Shown piece by piece: positions 31,266-42,787 of a stretch of DNA of 64,000 nt (position 1 is the stretch's first letter; every line of letters starts with the position of its first letter). The notes under the pieces are model-generated. The model saw only the letters and a list, made by a program, of their open reading frames with translations, ran no database searches and had not been told where the DNA came from. Position numbers and translations under genes: made by a program. Origin of the DNA: Acidobacteriota bacterium. GTDB taxonomy: Bacteria > Acidobacteriota > UBA6911 > RPQK01 > JAJDTT01. The stretch spans positions 1,696,001 to 1,760,000 of the forward strand of contig CBDCJH010000002.1 of the NCBI GenBank assembly GCA_965217775.1, written 5' to 3'.

Positions 31266-31988
31266 ATGATGCAAGGTTGTTGTCTGATCGCTCAGGGTTC
31301 CTTCGGAAGCTTCTGGTCTCTCATCGCCCAGAGCGGGCCGGTGGCCCTGCTGGTACTTCTGGTCCTGCTCTTCTTCTCCGTTTTATCTTGGACTATCATC
31401 GTCTCCAAGGTAAGGGCCTACAAGAGGGTGGAAGAGCAGTCGTTCGAGTTCACCGAATTCTTCCGGCGCAGTTCCAGCCTCTCCGAGATCCACCGCGCCT
31501 GCGATGACTACCCGCTTTCTCCGCTGGCCGGCGTATTCAAGGCCGGCTATCGGGAGCTGGATCATTGGATTCAGGCCAAGGGAGACAGGAGTCGGACCAA
31601 CCCCATGGACCAGCACGTGGCCATACGCAGCATTGGGGGCCTGGAACGGGCGTTGCGCAAGGCGGCGAGCGCCGAGATGACCACCCTGGAAAGCTCCTTG
31701 AGTTGGCTGGCGACGACCGGATCGGTCACCCCGTTCATCGGACTTTTCGGAACGGTCATCGGGATCATCAACGCGTTTCAGGGATTGGGAGAGGGTTCGG
31801 GCACCACCATCCAGGCCGTTGCCCCCGGAATCAGTGAGGCCTTGGTCGCGACGGCGGCGGGCCTATTCGCCGCAATTCCTGCGGTGATTGCCTACAACCA
31901 TTTTCTGAACCGGCTCAAGATCATCGGCATCGAAATGGACGATTTCACCACTGAGCTCCTGAATCTGATCGAGCGGAGTTTCGCTTGA
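31266..31988 (+). CDS. tolQ: TolQ (MotA/TolQ/ExbB family)
   Basis: PFIGLFGTVIGII and APGISEALVATAAGL; first gene of the tol-pal operon. Confidence 0.9.
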   Translation: MMQGCCLIAQGSFGSFWSLIAQSGPVALLVLLVLLFFSVLSWTIIVSKVRAYKRVEEQSFEFTEFFRRSSSLSEIHRACDDYPLSPLAGVFKAGYRELDHWIQAKGDRSRTNPMDQHVAIRSIGGLERALRKAASAEMTTLESSLSWLATTGSVTPFIGLFGTVIGIINAFQGLGEGSGTTIQAVAPGISEALVATAAGLFAAIPAVIAYNHFLNRLKIIGIEMDDFTTELLNLIERSFA

Positions 31989-32103
31989 TGGAACGGATCC
32001 GGAGCCACGGCGGTTCTGTTGTCCGGCCTTCACGTTTTCGGCCGGATCCGTATCCCGCAGTTTCCGTCCGGCGGCGGAACGGCCATTGCAAAAGGAGGAC
32101 TTC

Positions 32104-32523
<420 letters not shown>

Positions 32524-32540
32524 GCCGCCGTAGGAAATCG

Positions 32541-33374
32541 ATGCCGCAAAGCCGAATCCTGATCACCCACGTCAAGAGCGACCGCCTATCACGCCCGTTC
32601 GTGTTTTCGGCGGTGGGGCACTTGGTCCTGTTTCTGGGCGCCACCTTCGTGACCGACCTCTTTCCACCCGTGGAGATCGTGAGCGGAAGCACCGGCGTGG
32701 GGGGAGGCCAGGGAGGAAATCTGGTCTCTGTCGGCTTGGCGGCCGATTTGGGAGGCGGCGCCGGCATGTACAAGCCGGCTGTGACCCCCAGAGTCCAGGC
32801 CGCGCCCCCTCCCGAAACCAAGAGGAAGAAGGAAGTGGCCCCGGAGGCCGCACCCGATAGGACCGAGTTTCAGCAAAAGTCTTCGCGCAAGCGCCGGCCC
32901 CGCCAGAAGAAAAAAGCTGCCGTCTCTGCTCGCACCGGTTCCAAGGACTCGAAATCCGACGCCAAGGCCCAGATCCCCCGGAAAGCGGATGCCGGCAGCG
33001 GCGGTGCCGGTGGAGCCCCCTCGGGTTCCGGGGGTGGATTCGGCGGCGGACAGGGAGTCCGCGTCGGCGGCGGCACGGGGCAGGAGGGATTGCACTCCTG
33101 GTATGCTCGCCAAGTCGAGCAGCGCGTGGGGCAGAACTGGCTCCGGGCCTCGTTGGGTGCGCTGGCGAGACCCGTGGAGACGGTCGTCAGTTTCGAAGTG
33201 CTGCGAAACGGGCAGATCCATCGGATCAATCTGGAGCAGCCCAGTGGCGTCCGAGCCGTAGACCTGGCCGCACAACGCGCCATCCGCGCCAGCAGCCCGT
33301 TGCCGGCTCTTCCGCCGGAACTGCGAAACCGAAGAGTGCGATTTGTGACCTACTTCCAGTACCCCCCTCGGTGA
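32541..33374 (+). CDS. tolA: TolA / TonB C-terminal domain protein
   Basis: N-terminal TM helix with SxxxH, Lys/Pro/Gly-rich linker, TonB-C-like end; lies between tolR and tolB. Confidence 0.75.
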   Translation: MPQSRILITHVKSDRLSRPFVFSAVGHLVLFLGATFVTDLFPPVEIVSGSTGVGGGQGGNLVSVGLAADLGGGAGMYKPAVTPRVQAAPPPETKRKKEVAPEAAPDRTEFQQKSSRKRRPRQKKKAAVSARTGSKDSKSDAKAQIPRKADAGSGGAGGAPSGSGGGFGGGQGVRVGGGTGQEGLHSWYARQVEQRVGQNWLRASLGALARPVETVVSFEVLRNGQIHRINLEQPSGVRAVDLAAQRAIRASSPLPALPPELRNRRVRFVTYFQYPPR

Positions 33375-33389
33375 AAAAGGGATTGCACC

Positions 33390-34736
33390 ATGCTTCCAGC
33401 CATATCGACGTTGACACTGGCCACGGTCCTCATCCTCACGCTCGTCGCGCCAACGGGGATGGCGCAGCCGTCCGACGTCAAGATCTATCCCAAGTCGCGA
33501 GAGAGCACGCGCTTGGCCGTGGCCGACTTCGTGGCTCGGACGGCGGTCACGCCCCGGACCCGGACAGCCGCGAAAGTCTTCAATGACGTCCTCTGGCAGG
33601 ACCTCAAATTCTCGGCATTCTTCGAGCTGCCGTCCAAGAGTTTCTACCCCTTGAAACCACTGCGGTCGCCGCAGGACGTGGGTTTCGATCACTGGCAGGC
33701 GCCGACGCTGGATGTCGACTTTCTGGCCTTCGGCAACGTGCACGTGGATGCCGCGGGAGCCATGATCGAAGGCTACCTCTATGACGTGAAGACACGCCAG
33801 CAGGTCTTGGGGAAACGCTACTCCGTAGCCGACGCGACGCTGATTCGAAGGGTCGCCCACGAGTTCGCCGACCAGATCGTCTATCAGTTGTCGGCCGGCA
33901 CCAGCCAGGGTGTGGCCAGCACGCAGATCACCTACAGCTCTCTGAAATCCGGGAGCAAGGAAATCTATACCATGGACTATGACGGTTCCAACGTTCGGAC
34001 CGTCACCGCCAACCAGGGCATCAACAAGTTTCCCGACTGGTCCGGCGACAATTCAAGACTGGCTTTCGTCACCATCCTTCCCGGCAGCGCCCGCTGGCAG
34101 TTCTGGATCCAGAACCTTCAGGGCGGCCGGGATGTGATTCCAACGCCCACCTCGTACGTGTCGTCTCCGGCTTTCTCTCCCGATGGCCGGCAGATCGCTT
34201 TCTCCGCCCGGGGCAGGGGCCATTCCAACGCGGACATCTTCGTGGCGAACGCTGACGGATCCGGCAAGATCAACATCTCCCATCATCCTGCCATCGACAC
34301 CTCGCCGACCTGGAGTCCCTCGTCGCGGCAGGTCGCCTTTGTCTCGGACCGGACCGGACGGCCCCAGCTCTGGCTCATGGATGCCGACGGTTCCGACCTC
34401 CGGCAACTGGTGTCGGAAGGAGGACACTGCGACAGTCCCAGTTGGGCGCCGGACGGAAGGCACGTCATCTACTCCTGGCAGGCCCCAAAACGTTGGAAAC
34501 ATGACGTTTACATCGTGGAAGTGGCCAGCGGAAAGATCTTCCAGCTGACTTCGGGAACCGGAAGCAACGAACATCCCGACTGGTCTCCGGACGGCAGGCA
34601 CATTGTCTTCCAAAGTACGCGAACCGGCTCCAAACAACTGTTCATCATGAATGCCGACGGCAAGAGTAGAAGGCAAATTACGGCCTATGGTATAAACGAG
34701 AGTCCAGCTTGGTCAGGCTATCTGACCCGTCCCTGA
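33390..34736 (+). CDS. tolB: Tol-Pal beta-propeller protein TolB
   Basis: Signal peptide, AHEFADQI, repeated P(T/S/D)WSPDG motifs. Confidence 0.93.
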   Translation: MLPAISTLTLATVLILTLVAPTGMAQPSDVKIYPKSRESTRLAVADFVARTAVTPRTRTAAKVFNDVLWQDLKFSAFFELPSKSFYPLKPLRSPQDVGFDHWQAPTLDVDFLAFGNVHVDAAGAMIEGYLYDVKTRQQVLGKRYSVADATLIRRVAHEFADQIVYQLSAGTSQGVASTQITYSSLKSGSKEIYTMDYDGSNVRTVTANQGINKFPDWSGDNSRLAFVTILPGSARWQFWIQNLQGGRDVIPTPTSYVSSPAFSPDGRQIAFSARGRGHSNADIFVANADGSGKINISHHPAIDTSPTWSPSSRQVAFVSDRTGRPQLWLMDADGSDLRQLVSEGGHCDSPSWAPDGRHVIYSWQAPKRWKHDVYIVEVASGKIFQLTSGTGSNEHPDWSPDGRHIVFQSTRTGSKQLFIMNADGKSRRQITAYGINESPAWSGYLTRP

Positions 34737-34764
34737 GTGTAATTTTTCCTTCCAAGGAGGTTCC

Positions 34765-35535
34765 ATGAACAGAGGCTTTCTGGTCACTGTGCGGTTCGTT
34801 CCCTGTGTGTTGTTGATGCTGATGGTGGGAAGCTGTAAGAAAAAGCCCCCCCCGGCGATTGCGGTCCCTGACGCTCCTGCGGTGGCGGCCCCCTCCAAAC
34901 CGGCGGCCGTCATGCCGACCATTGAAATCATGGCGGAGCCCGGCACCATCGAGCGGGGCAGCCAGACGACCTTGAGCTGGAAGAGCACCGACGCCACTTC
35001 CGTCCTCATCGACGGGGGTGTCGGAAACGTCGCCGAGACCGGTTCCCTGGTCCTCTCGCCAACGGAGTCCACCACCTATACGGCCATCGCCCGCGGCAGC
35101 GGCGGCAGCGCGCGCGACAGTACCCGTGTGACCGTGGTGCCCAAGAGGGCCGCGAAACTGTCGGTCACGGATATCGAAGGACTTCAGCGGGCGATCGACG
35201 ATGGGCGGGTCCGGCCGGTCTTCTTCGACTATGACAGGGCTCTGCTGAGCCCCAAGACGAAGCAGATCCTGGAGGAGAACGCCCGCTGGATCAAGAGGTT
35301 CCCGACGGCGACGGTCATCGTCGAGGGACACTGCGACGAACGGGGCAGCGAAGAGTACAACCTGGCTCTGGGCGATCGCCGGGCCCAGGCCACCCGCGAC
35401 TACCTGCTGGACGCCGGTGTCAGTGCGACTCAGTTGGAAGCTCTTTCATTTGGCGAGGAGCGTCCCTTCGAGAGCTGTCACGACGAGACCTGCTGGAGCC
35501 AGAACCGCCGCGGCCATTTCGTCGTCAAACGTTAG
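34765..35535 (+). CDS. pal: Peptidoglycan-associated lipoprotein Pal with an extra beta-rich N-terminal domain
   Basis: Lipobox VGSC; OmpA-like domain EGHCDERGSEEYNLALGDRRA ... NRR. Confidence 0.92.
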   Translation: MNRGFLVTVRFVPCVLLMLMVGSCKKKPPPAIAVPDAPAVAAPSKPAAVMPTIEIMAEPGTIERGSQTTLSWKSTDATSVLIDGGVGNVAETGSLVLSPTESTTYTAIARGSGGSARDSTRVTVVPKRAAKLSVTDIEGLQRAIDDGRVRPVFFDYDRALLSPKTKQILEENARWIKRFPTATVIVEGHCDERGSEEYNLALGDRRAQATRDYLLDAGVSATQLEALSFGEERPFESCHDETCWSQNRRGHFVVKR

Positions 35536-35663
35536 AGGCTCGTGGTGAACTTCCCGTTCGGCTGTGAGACCGGGGCAATTCGCTCCCCGGTTTCACGGAT
35601 ACCGGCGGTCGCTTGTCCGAGATATCCGGTCCTTACCGTTAGAACTCAACCTAGGAGCAGGCC

Positions 35664-36458
35664 ATGAAACTGTCAGCATCTGTTCTCGCGCCGGTATCGC
35701 TGGGATTGTTCGTCTTCTCGATGGGAGGCACCAAAGAGGAGATCGTTCGTCTCCAGAGCGACGTTCTCCAGCTTTCGAACCAGATCCGGTTGCTCCAGAA
35801 GGGCACCGACGAGACCGGTTCCGTGTTCAAGTCCCTCCTGGAACAGTTGAATGATCAGGTGGCCCGGATGAATCTGGCGACGGACGAGTTGCACCGGACC
35901 ATGCAGGAACAGAAGACGGATGTCTTCAACCTGGTCACTTCGATCCGATCCGAAGTCCAGAATCTGAGCGTGAAACTGGATGACACCAACAACCGGCTGG
36001 CGGCCCTGAAGAAACAGCAGGAAGAGCAGCAACTCAGAATGCAGTCCCTGAGAACGGCACCGGCGACCGCCGAGGGCACGATCCAGCCTGATCAGGCCTA
36101 TGCTGCCGCCTACAACGACTTCATTATCGGAAACTACGACTTGGCCATCGCCGGTTTTCAGGACCTGTTGGACAGCCATCCGGACAGCGATTACAGCGAC
36201 AACGCCCTCTACTACAGCGGTATCTGCTCACTGGAGCAGAAACGCTACGAACAGGCCATCCAGGCCTTCGACCAAGTCATCAATCTGTATCCCAAGGGAG
36301 ACAAGACCGCGGAGGCCTACTTCAAAAAGGCCTTGACCTACCAGCACCTGCAGAAGAACACGGATGCCATCGACACCTTCCGGCAACTGATCGAGATCTA
36401 CCCCGAAACTCAGGAAGCGGTCCAAGCGCAACGGGAACTGGAGCGCATGGGGGTGTAG
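35664..36458 (+). CDS. cpoB: Cell division coordinator CpoB (YbgF)
   Basis: Coiled-coil N-terminus plus TPR repeats; directly after pal. Confidence 0.85.
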   Translation: MKLSASVLAPVSLGLFVFSMGGTKEEIVRLQSDVLQLSNQIRLLQKGTDETGSVFKSLLEQLNDQVARMNLATDELHRTMQEQKTDVFNLVTSIRSEVQNLSVKLDDTNNRLAALKKQQEEQQLRMQSLRTAPATAEGTIQPDQAYAAAYNDFIIGNYDLAIAGFQDLLDSHPDSDYSDNALYYSGICSLEQKRYEQAIQAFDQVINLYPKGDKTAEAYFKKALTYQHLQKNTDAIDTFRQLIEIYPETQEAVQAQRELERMGV

Positions 36459-36509
36459 TACGTGCCCGACAACAGATGTCCCAGCCGCCGATGAACCCGG
36501 GACGGGGAA

Positions 36510-36944
36510 TCAGAAAGGAATGTCGTCGTCGGTGATCTCCACTTCCTGCGAGGGTTGAGACACTTGTGAGGGCTTGGAGTCCTGCCGGTCCGAGGGTGGG
36601 CCGCCCCCCATTTCGTCTGTCCGTGAGCCCAACATCTGCATGTTTCGAGCCACTATTTCAGTGGTGCGCCTTCGATTCCCGTCCCGATCCTCCCACTCCC
36701 GGGTCTGGATCTGCCCCTCGATGAAAACGAGACGTCCCTTGCGCAGATACCTCTCGCAGATCTCCGCCAGCCTTCTCCAGACGACGATCTGGTGCCACTC
36801 GGTACGCCGCTGCCGCTCCCCATTCTTATCGGTCCAGGACTCGTCGGTCGCCAGCGAGAAGTTGGCCACCGGAGTACCCGACGTCGTGTATCGAACCTCC
36901 GGGTCCCGACCCAGCCTGCCCACCAGGATTGCCTTATTGACCAT
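36510..36944 (-). CDS. ssb: Single-stranded DNA-binding protein
   Basis: [20 protein letters not shown]-terminal DDDIPF; AAGGAGG RBS. Confidence 0.96.
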   Translation of the reverse strand: MVNKAILVGRLGRDPEVRYTTSGTPVANFSLATDESWTDKNGERQRRTEWHQIVVWRRLAEICERYLRKGRLVFIEGQIQTREWEDRDGNRRRTTEIVARNMQMLGSRTDEMGGGPPSDRQDSKPSQVSQPSQEVEITDDDIPF

Positions 36945-37077
36945 TTTCAACCTCCTTCCTCATTCCTCCTCTTCACTATAACGTTCGACCCCGAAAAAAA
37001 CGCATCTCGACCTGGAACGGCATTGCCCCGCTTGATGTTCGACCGATTGTTCAGGGCTCGGCGGGCGGTGAGTCCGT

Positions 37078-38229
37078 TCAGATCCGACGCGCACCGAACT
37101 GTTCGTATCCCACCAGTTCGATGATCGTCTCCATCCTGCGGTCCCCTCGATAGAAGCTTGCGCTGACCCGATCTCCGGGCCGCTTGTCTCCCAGCAAACG
37201 GACAATGTCGTCGTGGGTCCGAACCGGCTCGCCCTCCAGGGAGATCAAGACGTCTCCCCCGATGATGAGGAAGAAGTTTCCCAGCAGGACCCTCCGGCGG
37301 CCGCCTCTCAGGCCGGCCAGATCCGAAGAACTTCCCTCCTCTACCCCCTCGATCAGGAATCCTTCCTGGACCGGGAGGTTCAGGGCAGACGCCAGCCGCG
37401 GCGTCAACCTGCGTCCCTGGACTCCGAACCAGGGGCGGCGCACGAACCCGTAGGACACGAGATCGGGAACGATACGCCGCAATATGTTCACCGGGACGGC
37501 GAACCCGATCCCGGCGCTTTCTCCGGTTCGAGAGTAGATGGCGGTATTGATTCCGATGAGCTCCCCTCGCGTGTTCAACAGTGGACCGCCGCTGTTCCCG
37601 GGATTGATGGCGGCGTCACTTTGGATGACATTCTCGATGACTCCGGATTCGGTCCGGAGGCTCCGGCCCAGCGAAGAGATGATGCCCGTCGTCAGCGTGT
37701 GCTCGAAGCCGAAGGGATTGCCGATGGCCAGGACTTTCTGCCCGACTTTCAGGTTGTCGCTGCTGCCCAGCTTGATGGGGTGAAGCTTTTCGGCCGGACA
37801 TTCGATCTCCAGGATCGTCAGATCGTTGAATCGATCGGTCCCCAGAACCTTGGCCTCGTAGCTGCTCTTGTCGTAGAGCGTGACCTCGATCCGGCTGGCC
37901 TCCTGGACGACATGGAAATTGGTCACGATGCGGCCCTTGCGGTCGATGACGACACCGCTGCCGACGCCCCGCCTGGGGATGACGTCGAACCAGAAATTCC
38001 GCTCCAGCGTGGTGCTGGTCACATTCACCACGCCGGGTCCCAGCTCGTCATAAATGCGGATATTGATGTCTTCGTCCTGGGTTCGGGCAGTGTCGAAGGT
38101 CTGGGTCCGGGTTTTCGAGAACTCGGCATGAGTCGGCTCGGGAACCGGCCACCGCGTCAGGAAGACCACCATCGCAGTGGAAAGCAGACTGCTGGCCAGA
38201 ACCAGCTTCCAGAATTCCGTCCGGTTCAT
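37078..38229 (-). CDS. HtrA/DegP-family serine protease with PDZ domain
   Basis: TNFHVV, AIGNPFG, QSDAAINPGNSGGPL. Confidence 0.92.
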   Translation of the reverse strand: MNRTEFWKLVLASSLLSTAMVVFLTRWPVPEPTHAEFSKTRTQTFDTARTQDEDINIRIYDELGPGVVNVTSTTLERNFWFDVIPRRGVGSGVVIDRKGRIVTNFHVVQEASRIEVTLYDKSSYEAKVLGTDRFNDLTILEIECPAEKLHPIKLGSSDNLKVGQKVLAIGNPFGFEHTLTTGIISSLGRSLRTESGVIENVIQSDAAINPGNSGGPLLNTRGELIGINTAIYSRTGESAGIGFAVPVNILRRIVPDLVSYGFVRRPWFGVQGRRLTPRLASALNLPVQEGFLIEGVEEGSSSDLAGLRGGRRRVLLGNFFLIIGGDVLISLEGEPVRTHDDIVRLLGDKRPGDRVSASFYRGDRRMETIIELVGYEQFGARRI

Positions 38230-38241
38230 GGCCCGATTATA

Positions 38242-39417
38242 CTATTCGGCAGATCCTTGAGGTTCCTGAACACTAAGGAAGAAGAGGACGCCGGCAGCGA
38301 CCGAGAGCAGCGCCACCAGGAAAACCACGGCTCCGTAACCGGACCAGGAATAGCACCAGCCCGAAACCATGACCACGACGGCGATTCCCAGTTGCGAAAA
38401 GCAGTTTCGAAGGGCGAGGTACGAACCGCGCTCATCGATCCCCACCAGTTGCGTCTGCAGAGTCTGCAGAGCGATCTGGCGGAAACTCACGCACAGACTC
38501 ACGGCGAAGAAGAGGCCGATGAGCCCTGCCCCCCACGGAATCGACGTCAGACCCGAAATGGTGAGGACGAAGGCCAGGTTGGCCAATAGAAACACCTTTC
38601 GCTTGGTCCAACGATCCACCACCCAACCCGAGATCAGACTGCCCGTGACGGCGGCGATCCCCGCCACCACAAACAACCAGGAGATCTGGATGGGAGCCAC
38701 GCCGAAACGGTCGATGAGATAACCGGAGAGATACACCATCAGCGCCATGGTGCCGCCGGCGACGGCGAAGGAGACCAGCAGGGCGCTTCTCAGGGGACGA
38801 ACCGAGAAGAAACGCCGGTAGGCGAACTGAATTCTTGTACCTGTCGGGGCTCCGGAGCGAAAGTCCGCCAGTGGGCCCCAAAGGGAGGCCAGGACTGCCG
38901 AGGCCAAGAGGCACGAAGCCAGAAACACACTTCTCCACTGCCAGCGATCGGCGATCCAGGTGCCGGCCGGAACTCCCACGATCAAGGCCACGAAGTAGGC
39001 GCTCAGGACGATGCCCATGACCCTGCCCCGGCGACGGTAAGGAAAAGCGTCGCCCACCAGGCCGGCCGTGCAGGTCGAAATGAGTCCGGATGCCGCTCCG
39101 GTTCCGGCCCGCAGCCAGAGCAGTTGCAGATACCCTCCGGAGAAGTGGGTGACCAGAGCCAGCAGAGCGAAAACCGTCAGACCCGCCCGGAGAAAAGGAA
39201 GCCGTCCCCAGCGATCCGTGAAGGGGCCCACCAACAGGTTGAAGCCACCGGCCGTCAGGGCATAGACACTGAAAAGGCGCCCCATCCCCTCCGCCGAAGT
39301 CCCATAGTCCGCTTCCAGGCGCCCCAGAAGGGGGATCAGCATCTGGGCGTCGACGGCGGCCAGCAACAGCGCCCCAAACAGAGCGGCAATGGTCCAGCGG
39401 TCACGAAGCCGGCTCAT
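38242..39417 (-). CDS. MFS transporter
   Basis: About 12 hydrophobic segments; GPFTDRWGR motif A. Confidence 0.85.
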   Translation of the reverse strand: MSRLRDRWTIAALFGALLLAAVDAQMLIPLLGRLEADYGTSAEGMGRLFSVYALTAGGFNLLVGPFTDRWGRLPFLRAGLTVFALLALVTHFSGGYLQLLWLRAGTGAASGLISTCTAGLVGDAFPYRRRGRVMGIVLSAYFVALIVGVPAGTWIADRWQWRSVFLASCLLASAVLASLWGPLADFRSGAPTGTRIQFAYRRFFSVRPLRSALLVSFAVAGGTMALMVYLSGYLIDRFGVAPIQISWLFVVAGIAAVTGSLISGWVVDRWTKRKVFLLANLAFVLTISGLTSIPWGAGLIGLFFAVSLCVSFRQIALQTLQTQLVGIDERGSYLALRNCFSQLGIAVVVMVSGWCYSWSGYGAVVFLVALLSVAAGVLFFLSVQEPQGSAE

Positions 39418-40112
39418 GGATGGCGCAAATGCCGGGTACGAGAAGTGATCCTGGCATCCGAAGGGCGCAGATAGTTCGCCTTCAAGTGCCGTTCGCCACC
39501 GGTCTCACCCGCCATGTGCCTCCGATGGGCCAGAAGGCAGAGCTCCGGCAGGATGCAATTGTTTGAACTGGCGACTCGGGACCGGGGGTGAAGAGCCTGG
39601 ATGGTGGTGCGGTACTGCTGGGCGCCGTCACCGACGAAGAGATGATCTCCAGGAGGGACTTGCCTCAAGAACTCCGCCGGGGGCGCCACCTGTTCTTCAA
39701 CCTCAATGCGGATGCCCGATTCCGAGTCGGTTCGATAGGCGGCTCCATAGATCTGTTGCCTGCGGGCGTCGATCATGGGAACGATCCGGCTCCGGGTCCA
39801 GCGGAACCGGAAAGCGAGAGCTTCGAGGGTGGACAGCCCCACCGCCGGCCGATCCAGACTCTGGGCAAAGGCCTTGACCGTGGCCAGCCCGATTCGCAGT
39901 CCGGTGAATGAGCCCGGACCCGCGGCCACGGCAAAACACCCCAATTGGGTGCGTTTCACCCGGAGGCCGTCAAGCAGAAACTCCGCGCACGAGAGCACTT
40001 CTTCCGAATAGCGCAGTGGCGCCTTCAACATGACCTGACCGATCACTTCGGCGTTTCGGCTCAAGGCAATCCCGCCGCTGTTGGTGGCCGTATCGAGGGC
40101 CAGGATGTACAT
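39414..40112 (-). CDS. tsaB: tRNA t6A biosynthesis protein TsaB
   Basis: ILALDTAT, GPGSFTGLRIG, IDARR. Confidence 0.93.
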   Translation of the reverse strand: MYILALDTATNSGGIALSRNAEVIGQVMLKAPLRYSEEVLSCAEFLLDGLRVKRTQLGCFAVAAGPGSFTGLRIGLATVKAFAQSLDRPAVGLSTLEALAFRFRWTRSRIVPMIDARRQQIYGAAYRTDSESGIRIEVEEQVAPPAEFLRQVPPGDHLFVGDGAQQYRTTIQALHPRSRVASSNNCILPELCLLAHRRHMAGETGGERHLKANYLRPSDARITSRTRHLRHP

Positions 40113-40209
40113 GGCAAACACTCCCGGAACCGGGCCGCCGGCCTGCGTTCCGAAGCCCCGGACCTGGCGAAAATCCCGGAGTTTATTTCACACGTTGCTG
40201 CTAAAGTAA

Positions 40210-42714
40210 ATGGTTGTGGAACGTCTCACCCCGATGATGAAACAGTACCATGAGATCAAGCTCCGGCACCCGGGGATTCTCCTTTTTTTCCGCCTGGGCG
40301 ATTTCTACGAGATGTTCTACGAGGATGCCGTCGTCGCCAGCCGCGACCTGGAGATCACCCTCACCGCCCGGAACCACAACGCCAAGGGTCAACCCATTCC
40401 CATGTGCGGCGTCCCCCACCATGCCATCCAAACCTATCTGGGACGGCTGATCCGAAAAGGGCACAAGGTCGCATTGTGCGAGCAGGTCGAGAATCCTCGC
40501 CGGGCCAAGGGACTCGTGCGGCGCGAGGTTGTCCGTATCGTCACTCCCGGGACCGTGATCGAGGAGGGCGTTCTCGACTCCAAGGAGAACAACTACCTGG
40601 GCAGCCTCCTGCAGCATGATGACCGGGTCGGCCTCTCCTTTCTGGATCTCTCGACGGGGGAATTCTGGATCACCGAGTTCAGCGGCCGGGAGTCGTGGCA
40701 GCGAGCCCGGGAAGAGTTGGCGCTCTTTCGCCCCCGGGAACTGGTGTTGCCGGAGAGGGACGTTTCCCGGATCCGAGAACAGTTGTCCGCTGACGATCAC
40801 CGGCAGATCTCCCGCACCTTTCAGGAAGATTGGACTTTCGATTCCGACTACGCCCGGCGTCTGCTCCTGGAGCATTTTCAGGTGTCCACCTTGGAGGGTT
40901 TCGGCATCAATGGCCAGGGCGCGGCCGTAGCGGCCGGCGGTTCCCTGCTCCATTACGTCCGGCAGACCCAGAAAGCTCCCCTGGACCACATTACCGGGCT
41001 GCGTCTCCTGGAGACGCGAGACCACCTCAAGATCGACGAAACCAGCGTCCGAAATCTGGAACTGGTCCGGGAGCTGAACGGGGGTCGCCGCTGGACCCTC
41101 CTCTCGACTTTGGATTTTACCCGAACCGCCATGGGCGCCCGCCGGTTGCGGCATCGGATCCTGCGGCCTTCCCTGGACCTGGGGCAGATCCGAGCCAGAC
41201 AGGACGCCGTGGCAGAACTCCAATCTTCTCTTCTCCGGATGGAGCGGCTGGGCAAGCTCCTGGATTCGATCCAGGATCTGGAGCGGCTGCTGAGCCGCGT
41301 CACTCTGGGCACCGCCAACCCCAGAGATCTGGCGGCGCTCAAGACGTCAGTCCGGATACTGCCCCGGCTGGCGCCCTTGCTGGAGCAATATGACAGCCGG
41401 TTGCTGGAACCACTCCAGGACACGCTGCCGGACCTGGCCGAGGCATTGGAAACCTCCCTGGCCCAGAATCCCCCCGCCAGCTTGACCGACGGAGGGATCA
41501 TCGCGCCCGGATTCCATGCCGAGTTGGACCAGCTTCGCGAGATTTCCCATTCGGGCAAGTCCTTCCTGGCGAGTCTGGAAGCTCAGGAACGCAAGCGGAC
41601 GGGGATCCCGAGTCTCAAGGTCCGGTACAACAAGGTCTTCGGTTACTTCATCGAGGTCACCAAGACCCATTCCTCTTCCGTTCCCGAGACTTATGTCCGG
41701 CGTCAGACCCTGGTGGGTTCGGAGCGGTTCATCACTCCCGAACTCAAAGTCCACGAGGAAAAGGTTCTCCAAGCCGAAGAGCGGATCTTCGAGCTGGAAC
41801 GGGACCTCTTCCTGCAGATCCGCCGACAGGTCGCCGGCGAAGCCGCGCGGATTCAGACGGCGGCCCGGCGGGTGGCGGAACTCGACGTGTTGCTCTCCTT
41901 GGGACAGGCCTCCAGAAAGCACGGTTACTGCCGGCCAGAGGTCGACGACTCTTGCGAGCTGGACATCCAGGAGGGAAGACATCCCGTGCTGGAGGTTCAG
42001 GACGGAGGTGAGCCATTCGTTCCCAACCCGTTGTTCACGAACGACGAATCCGATCAGATGCTGATCCTGACCGGTCCCAATATGGGGGGCAAGTCCACCT
42101 ATCTGCGCCAGAATGCCCTCATTGTCATCCTGGCGCAGATGGGATCGTTCGTGCCGGCTCAGCAGGCGCGCATTGGCTTGGTGGATCGGATTTTCACTCG
42201 TGTCGGCGCCAGCGACGATCTGTCCCGCGGCCGCTCCACCTTCATGGTGGAAATGATCGAAACGGCCAACATCCTCAACAGCGCAACCCGAAGAAGCTTC
42301 ATTCTGCTGGACGAAGTCGGACGCGGCACGGCCACGTTCGACGGACTCTCCATTGCCTGGGCCGTCGCCGAGTTCCTCCTGACCGAACCGGACCGCCGGG
42401 CCCGAACCCTCTTCGCGACCCATTACCAGGAACTGACCCAACTGGAGAAGATCTACGAGGGCGTCAAGAACTACCGGGTCGCAGTCAAGGAGTCGGGAGA
42501 CAGAATTCTATTGTTCCACCGAGTTCTGCCCGGTGTGGCCAACAAGAGCTATGGAATTGAGGTGGCTCGTCTGGCAGGGCTACCGAGACGCGTGGTGGAA
42601 CGTGCACGGGAGATCCTCTCTCGATTGGAACGCAAGGAACTCAACCTCTCGGGCAACTCCCCGCAGCCTCACGTTTCCAAGTCCTTCGAACAGCCTCAGG
42701 GGAATCTCTTCTGA
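40210..42714 (+). CDS. mutS: DNA mismatch repair protein MutS
   Basis: TPMMKQY, GDFYE, TGPNMGGKSTY, STFMVEM, DEVGRGT, FATHY. Confidence 0.97.
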   Translation: MVVERLTPMMKQYHEIKLRHPGILLFFRLGDFYEMFYEDAVVASRDLEITLTARNHNAKGQPIPMCGVPHHAIQTYLGRLIRKGHKVALCEQVENPRRAKGLVRREVVRIVTPGTVIEEGVLDSKENNYLGSLLQHDDRVGLSFLDLSTGEFWITEFSGRESWQRAREELALFRPRELVLPERDVSRIREQLSADDHRQISRTFQEDWTFDSDYARRLLLEHFQVSTLEGFGINGQGAAVAAGGSLLHYVRQTQKAPLDHITGLRLLETRDHLKIDETSVRNLELVRELNGGRRWTLLSTLDFTRTAMGARRLRHRILRPSLDLGQIRARQDAVAELQSSLLRMERLGKLLDSIQDLERLLSRVTLGTANPRDLAALKTSVRILPRLAPLLEQYDSRLLEPLQDTLPDLAEALETSLAQNPPASLTDGGIIAPGFHAELDQLREISHSGKSFLASLEAQERKRTGIPSLKVRYNKVFGYFIEVTKTHSSSVPETYVRRQTLVGSERFITPELKVHEEKVLQAEERIFELERDLFLQIRRQVAGEAARIQTAARRVAELDVLLSLGQASRKHGYCRPEVDDSCELDIQEGRHPVLEVQDGGEPFVPNPLFTNDESDQMLILTGPNMGGKSTYLRQNALIVILAQMGSFVPAQQARIGLVDRIFTRVGASDDLSRGRSTFMVEMIETANILNSATRRSFILLDEVGRGTATFDGLSIAWAVAEFLLTEPDRRARTLFATHYQELTQLEKIYEGVKNYRVAVKESGDRILLFHRVLPGVANKSYGIEVARLAGLPRRVVERAREILSRLERKELNLSGNSPQPHVSKSFEQPQGNLF

Positions 42715-42787
42715 TTCCGGCCTCGCAACCCCAGGTCTATCGCTATTCGACTGAGTCACCCCCGGCAGATTTGGTGGAGACCGCAAA